Source of the DNA: a phage
Length of the DNA: 59,223 nt
Strand: one strand, 5' to 3'
NCBI GenBank assembly: GCA_025276375.1
Contig: GCA_025276375.1_3645.1
Shown: one piece after another, positions 57,378 through 59,223 of the stretch
How positions within the stretch are numbered: position 1 is the stretch's first letter
Layout: the number at the start of each line of letters is the position of its first letter
The notes under the pieces: generated by a model
Database searches by the model: none
The model's input: the letters and a program-made list of their open reading frames with translations, nothing else
Told to the model about the DNA's origin: nothing
Translations under genes and position numbers: made by a program

Positions 57378-57719
57378 ATGACTACTATGACCGCCGCAGA
57401 AAAAGCTATGCAGATCTCCGCGCTGAAAAAACAGATCGCAGACCTTGAGAACAAGATCGATAACTTTGAAATCGACGAGGACAAGTACGACGAAAACTAT
57501 GATGAATGGTTAGACGAGATCTACGGCGAAATTATGATCGGAAACATTTCTTTTCTTCCGTCGCGTATCCTCAAGGAGTTAGATCCTATCGCTTACCGCT
57601 GCGGATTTAGCGACTACATCGACAGCCTGGATATTGAGGACGATGAAGAATACCAGGAATTGCAGACAGAGCTGGAAGAAGTGAAAGAAGAGCTTTCAGA
57701 GCTGGAAGAAAACGAGTAA
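57378..57719 (+). CDS. highly acidic coiled-coil protein (113 aa)
   Basis: AAGGAG SD; Asp/Glu-rich throughout ('DEDKYDENYDEWLDEIYGE', 'DIEDDEEYQELQTELEEVKEELSELEENE'). Confidence 0.5.
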   Translation: MTTMTAAEKAMQISALKKQIADLENKIDNFEIDEDKYDENYDEWLDEIYGEIMIGNISFLPSRILKELDPIAYRCGFSDYIDSLDIEDDEEYQELQTELEEVKEELSELEENE

Positions 57720-57721
57720 AA

Positions 57722-57767
57722 TTTATTTTCAGATGGCCTTGACTCCAGGGCCATCAATAAAGTAAAC
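57722..57767 (+). repeat. 46-nt repeated hairpin element, copy 2
   Basis: identical to 57099-57144; begins 3 nt after stop of 57378-57719. Confidence 0.7.
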
Positions 57768-57806
57768 TTTACACTGTTAACACTGAACTAATGAGGAGTT
57801 AAAACC

Positions 57807-58052
57807 ATGGCAGCACTAATCACAAAATATTATGCGCCCACCAACACTAAAAGCGCCCGGATCATGGTAAAAGGCTTCGGACGTAAAAAGGTTTACACCT
57901 GGGATTATTCCCTGGACATGGAAGACAACTACACCAACGCGATGACCGATTTTATTAACGAGCTGAATACGCGGATCTTAACAAATTATAAAATTACCGA
58001 CATTGCTTATATAGGTGAAGGCGGGATCTGTTTTGTAGGCATTGTGAAATAG
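57807..58052 (+). CDS. hypothetical early protein (81 aa)
   Basis: GAGGAG SD. Confidence 0.45.
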   Translation: MAALITKYYAPTNTKSARIMVKGFGRKKVYTWDYSLDMEDNYTNAMTDFINELNTRILTNYKITDIAYIGEGGICFVGIVK

Positions 58053-58125
58053 TTATTTTTCGGTGGTCCTGGCTGCAGGGCCATCTATAAAGATAATTTA
58101 TTAACACCATGAAAGGAGAAAGTAC

Positions 58126-58473
58126 ATGATCAGCGGGGCTAGTTTTATTATTGGCGCTATTGCTACGGCTTTAATTGTAAACAAGATCCAATCTAAAAAC
58201 GAAAAAGATAGCAACGCGCTCACAGAATACCCATTTTGGGTATTCAACGACAACGAAGACTACATAATCAAGTACAAAGATGAGAGAGGCGACCAGGTAA
58301 CACCGCGACCGATCCCAGCTTACAAGATGCAAGAAACACTATACCGCCTAAAGGCCGGAGGCGCAAAGATCGTAGACTTTTGGGGATATGATTGCAAGGA
58401 TCAGGAGGTTATAAAACGGCGTATCCGGGCGATTCAGGCAAATATTGAAATCAGTAAAGGGGGAAATTTATGA
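58126..58473 (+). CDS. hypothetical early protein with N-terminal hydrophobic helix (115 aa)
   Basis: AAAGGAG SD; 'ISGASFIIGAIATALIV'. Confidence 0.45.
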   Translation: MISGASFIIGAIATALIVNKIQSKNEKDSNALTEYPFWVFNDNEDYIIKYKDERGDQVTPRPIPAYKMQETLYRLKAGGAKIVDFWGYDCKDQEVIKRRIRAIQANIEISKGGNL

Positions 58474-58667
58474 AAATTAATTTCGAAAAAATTGTAAAGC
58501 GCCCCCACGATTCCGAAGAGCTGCCGGAACGCCGCCAGCGTAACAATAAACTGAATAAGCCGAAAAGGTTCGGGAAGATCTGGAGGAATCACTATGATCG
58601 CAAATTACCGGGCCTGCTTTTGGAACGTGAACGACAGGCAGAACGATACCGCCATAAAGACAAATAA
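58470..58667 (+). CDS. small basic protein (65 aa)
   Basis: AAAGGGGGA SD; Arg/Lys-rich. Confidence 0.4.
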   Translation: MKINFEKIVKRPHDSEELPERRQRNNKLNKPKRFGKIWRNHYDRKLPGLLLERERQAERYRHKDK

Positions 58668-58675
58668 CAACCAAC

Positions 58676-58703
58676 GCCCCGCCATTGTGCGGGGCTTTTT
58701 ATT
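58676..58703 (+). terminator. intrinsic terminator GCCCCGC-CATTGT-GCGGGGC plus UUUUUAUUUC
   Basis: 7-bp GC stem followed by T-tract, 9 nt after stop. Confidence 0.75.
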
Positions 58704-58826
58704 TCTATCCTACGAATAGCGCCCCTGGTTGGCCCTATAAGTGCCAAAAAGGCCCCCACCTATGCAATCGCCCCCCTTTAACCTGAAAACATCGCCCAGG
58801 GCCGTTTTATGGCGTTAAAAATATCA

Positions 58827-58854
58827 TTGACATCGTCAACAGGTTAGCTATACT
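58827..58854 (+). promoter_or_regulatory. sigma70-like promoter TTGACA-N16-TATACT
   Basis: -35 at 58827-58832, -10 at 58849-58854. Confidence 0.65.
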
Positions 58855-58886
58855 AACCACATCAAAGAGAGAAAGGAGTAAACGCC

Positions 58887-59147
58887 ATGCGTAAATTAAA
58901 AAATTTTGATAAAGTCGATATTGTCCTGAATAATTTTTACTACTGCAATAATAAAGCCGTTTGGTGGCGTGATAGTTCCACCGATAAAGTTAAAGCGCGC
59001 TTTCTCCAGGGGCACTGGCAAGGCCGCCCAGTGATTAAAATCTTAGGGCAATTGGTAGCGTTTAAAAATTGCCGCCGTGTTGATGACGTTGAAGATATTC
59101 TAAACATTTTACGCCACAATAATTTAAAAAATAGTGTTGACAAGTAA
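58887..59147 (+). CDS. hypothetical early protein (86 aa)
   Basis: AAAGGAG SD. Confidence 0.45.
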   Translation: MRKLKNFDKVDIVLNNFYYCNNKAVWWRDSSTDKVKARFLQGHWQGRPVIKILGQLVAFKNCRRVDDVEDILNILRHNNLKNSVDK

Positions 59148-59164
59148 ATCTCGATAAGTATACT
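59137..59164 (+). promoter_or_regulatory. sigma70-like promoter TTGACA-N16-TATACT followed by 5'UTR hairpin GGCGGGA/TCCCGCC
   Basis: -35 at 59137-59142, -10 at 59159-59164; leader hairpin at 59176-59194; AGGAG at 59209-59213 implies a gene starting at the window edge. Confidence 0.6.
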
Positions 59165-59223
59165 TAAACACACAGGCGGGAAAACTTCCCGCCACTAACA
59201 AAGAAAATAGGAGAAAATATCAT

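Noticed and set aside
57099-58083. CRISPR array
   Set aside because: Only two identical copies plus one diverged copy, irregular spacing, and the intervening sequence is an SD-led gene, not spacers.
1-59223. Prophage or integrative element boundaries (integrase, att repeats, transposase, flanking host genes)
   Set aside because: No integrase or recombinase motifs, no host housekeeping genes, and the gene set is uniformly phage-like; interpreted as part of a lytic phage genome.

Overview
The window reads as about 59 kb of a virulent tailed-phage genome: densely packed ORFs with Shine-Dalgarno sites, sigma70-type promoters, intrinsic terminators, and no integrase, att site or transposase. (i) 1-20300 (+): late tail module with lambda-like tip genes (gpL-like partial, NlpC/P60 gpK-like, a 1381-aa gpJ-like host-specificity protein carrying coiled-coil tandem repeats), a baseplate-J-like gene, two paralogous side tail fibers flanking a lambda Tfa homolog, 581-aa and 1689-aa fiber/spike proteins, and a Big_2 Ig-like ORF in the +1 frame. 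(ii) 20347-27237 (-): a leftward block of about 15 mostly small genes including a HAD hydrolase, a zincin/VWA protein and an HNH-like protein, bounded by a bidirectional terminator (20311-20343) and a divergent promoter pair (27269-27339). (iii) 27380-54675 (+): MoxR AAA+ ATPase, SleB-like secreted hydrolase, rIIA-like GHKL ATPase, Dda-like helicase, two DNA methyltransferases, T7-type primase-helicase, a family-A DNA polymerase interrupted inside motif C by an HNH-endonuclease-carrying group-I-intron-like insertion, an SSB-like protein, a macro-domain protein and many small ORFs. (iv) 54676-55949: ORF-poor region with tandem repeats and two Fur-box-like palindromes. (v) 55950-59223: early-type cassettes, each a consensus promoter, a 5'UTR hairpin and a small gene. 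All functional calls come from motifs read by eye in the translations; no database search or folding was run. Minus-strand starts were checked for an SD and four were moved off the ORF-track start.
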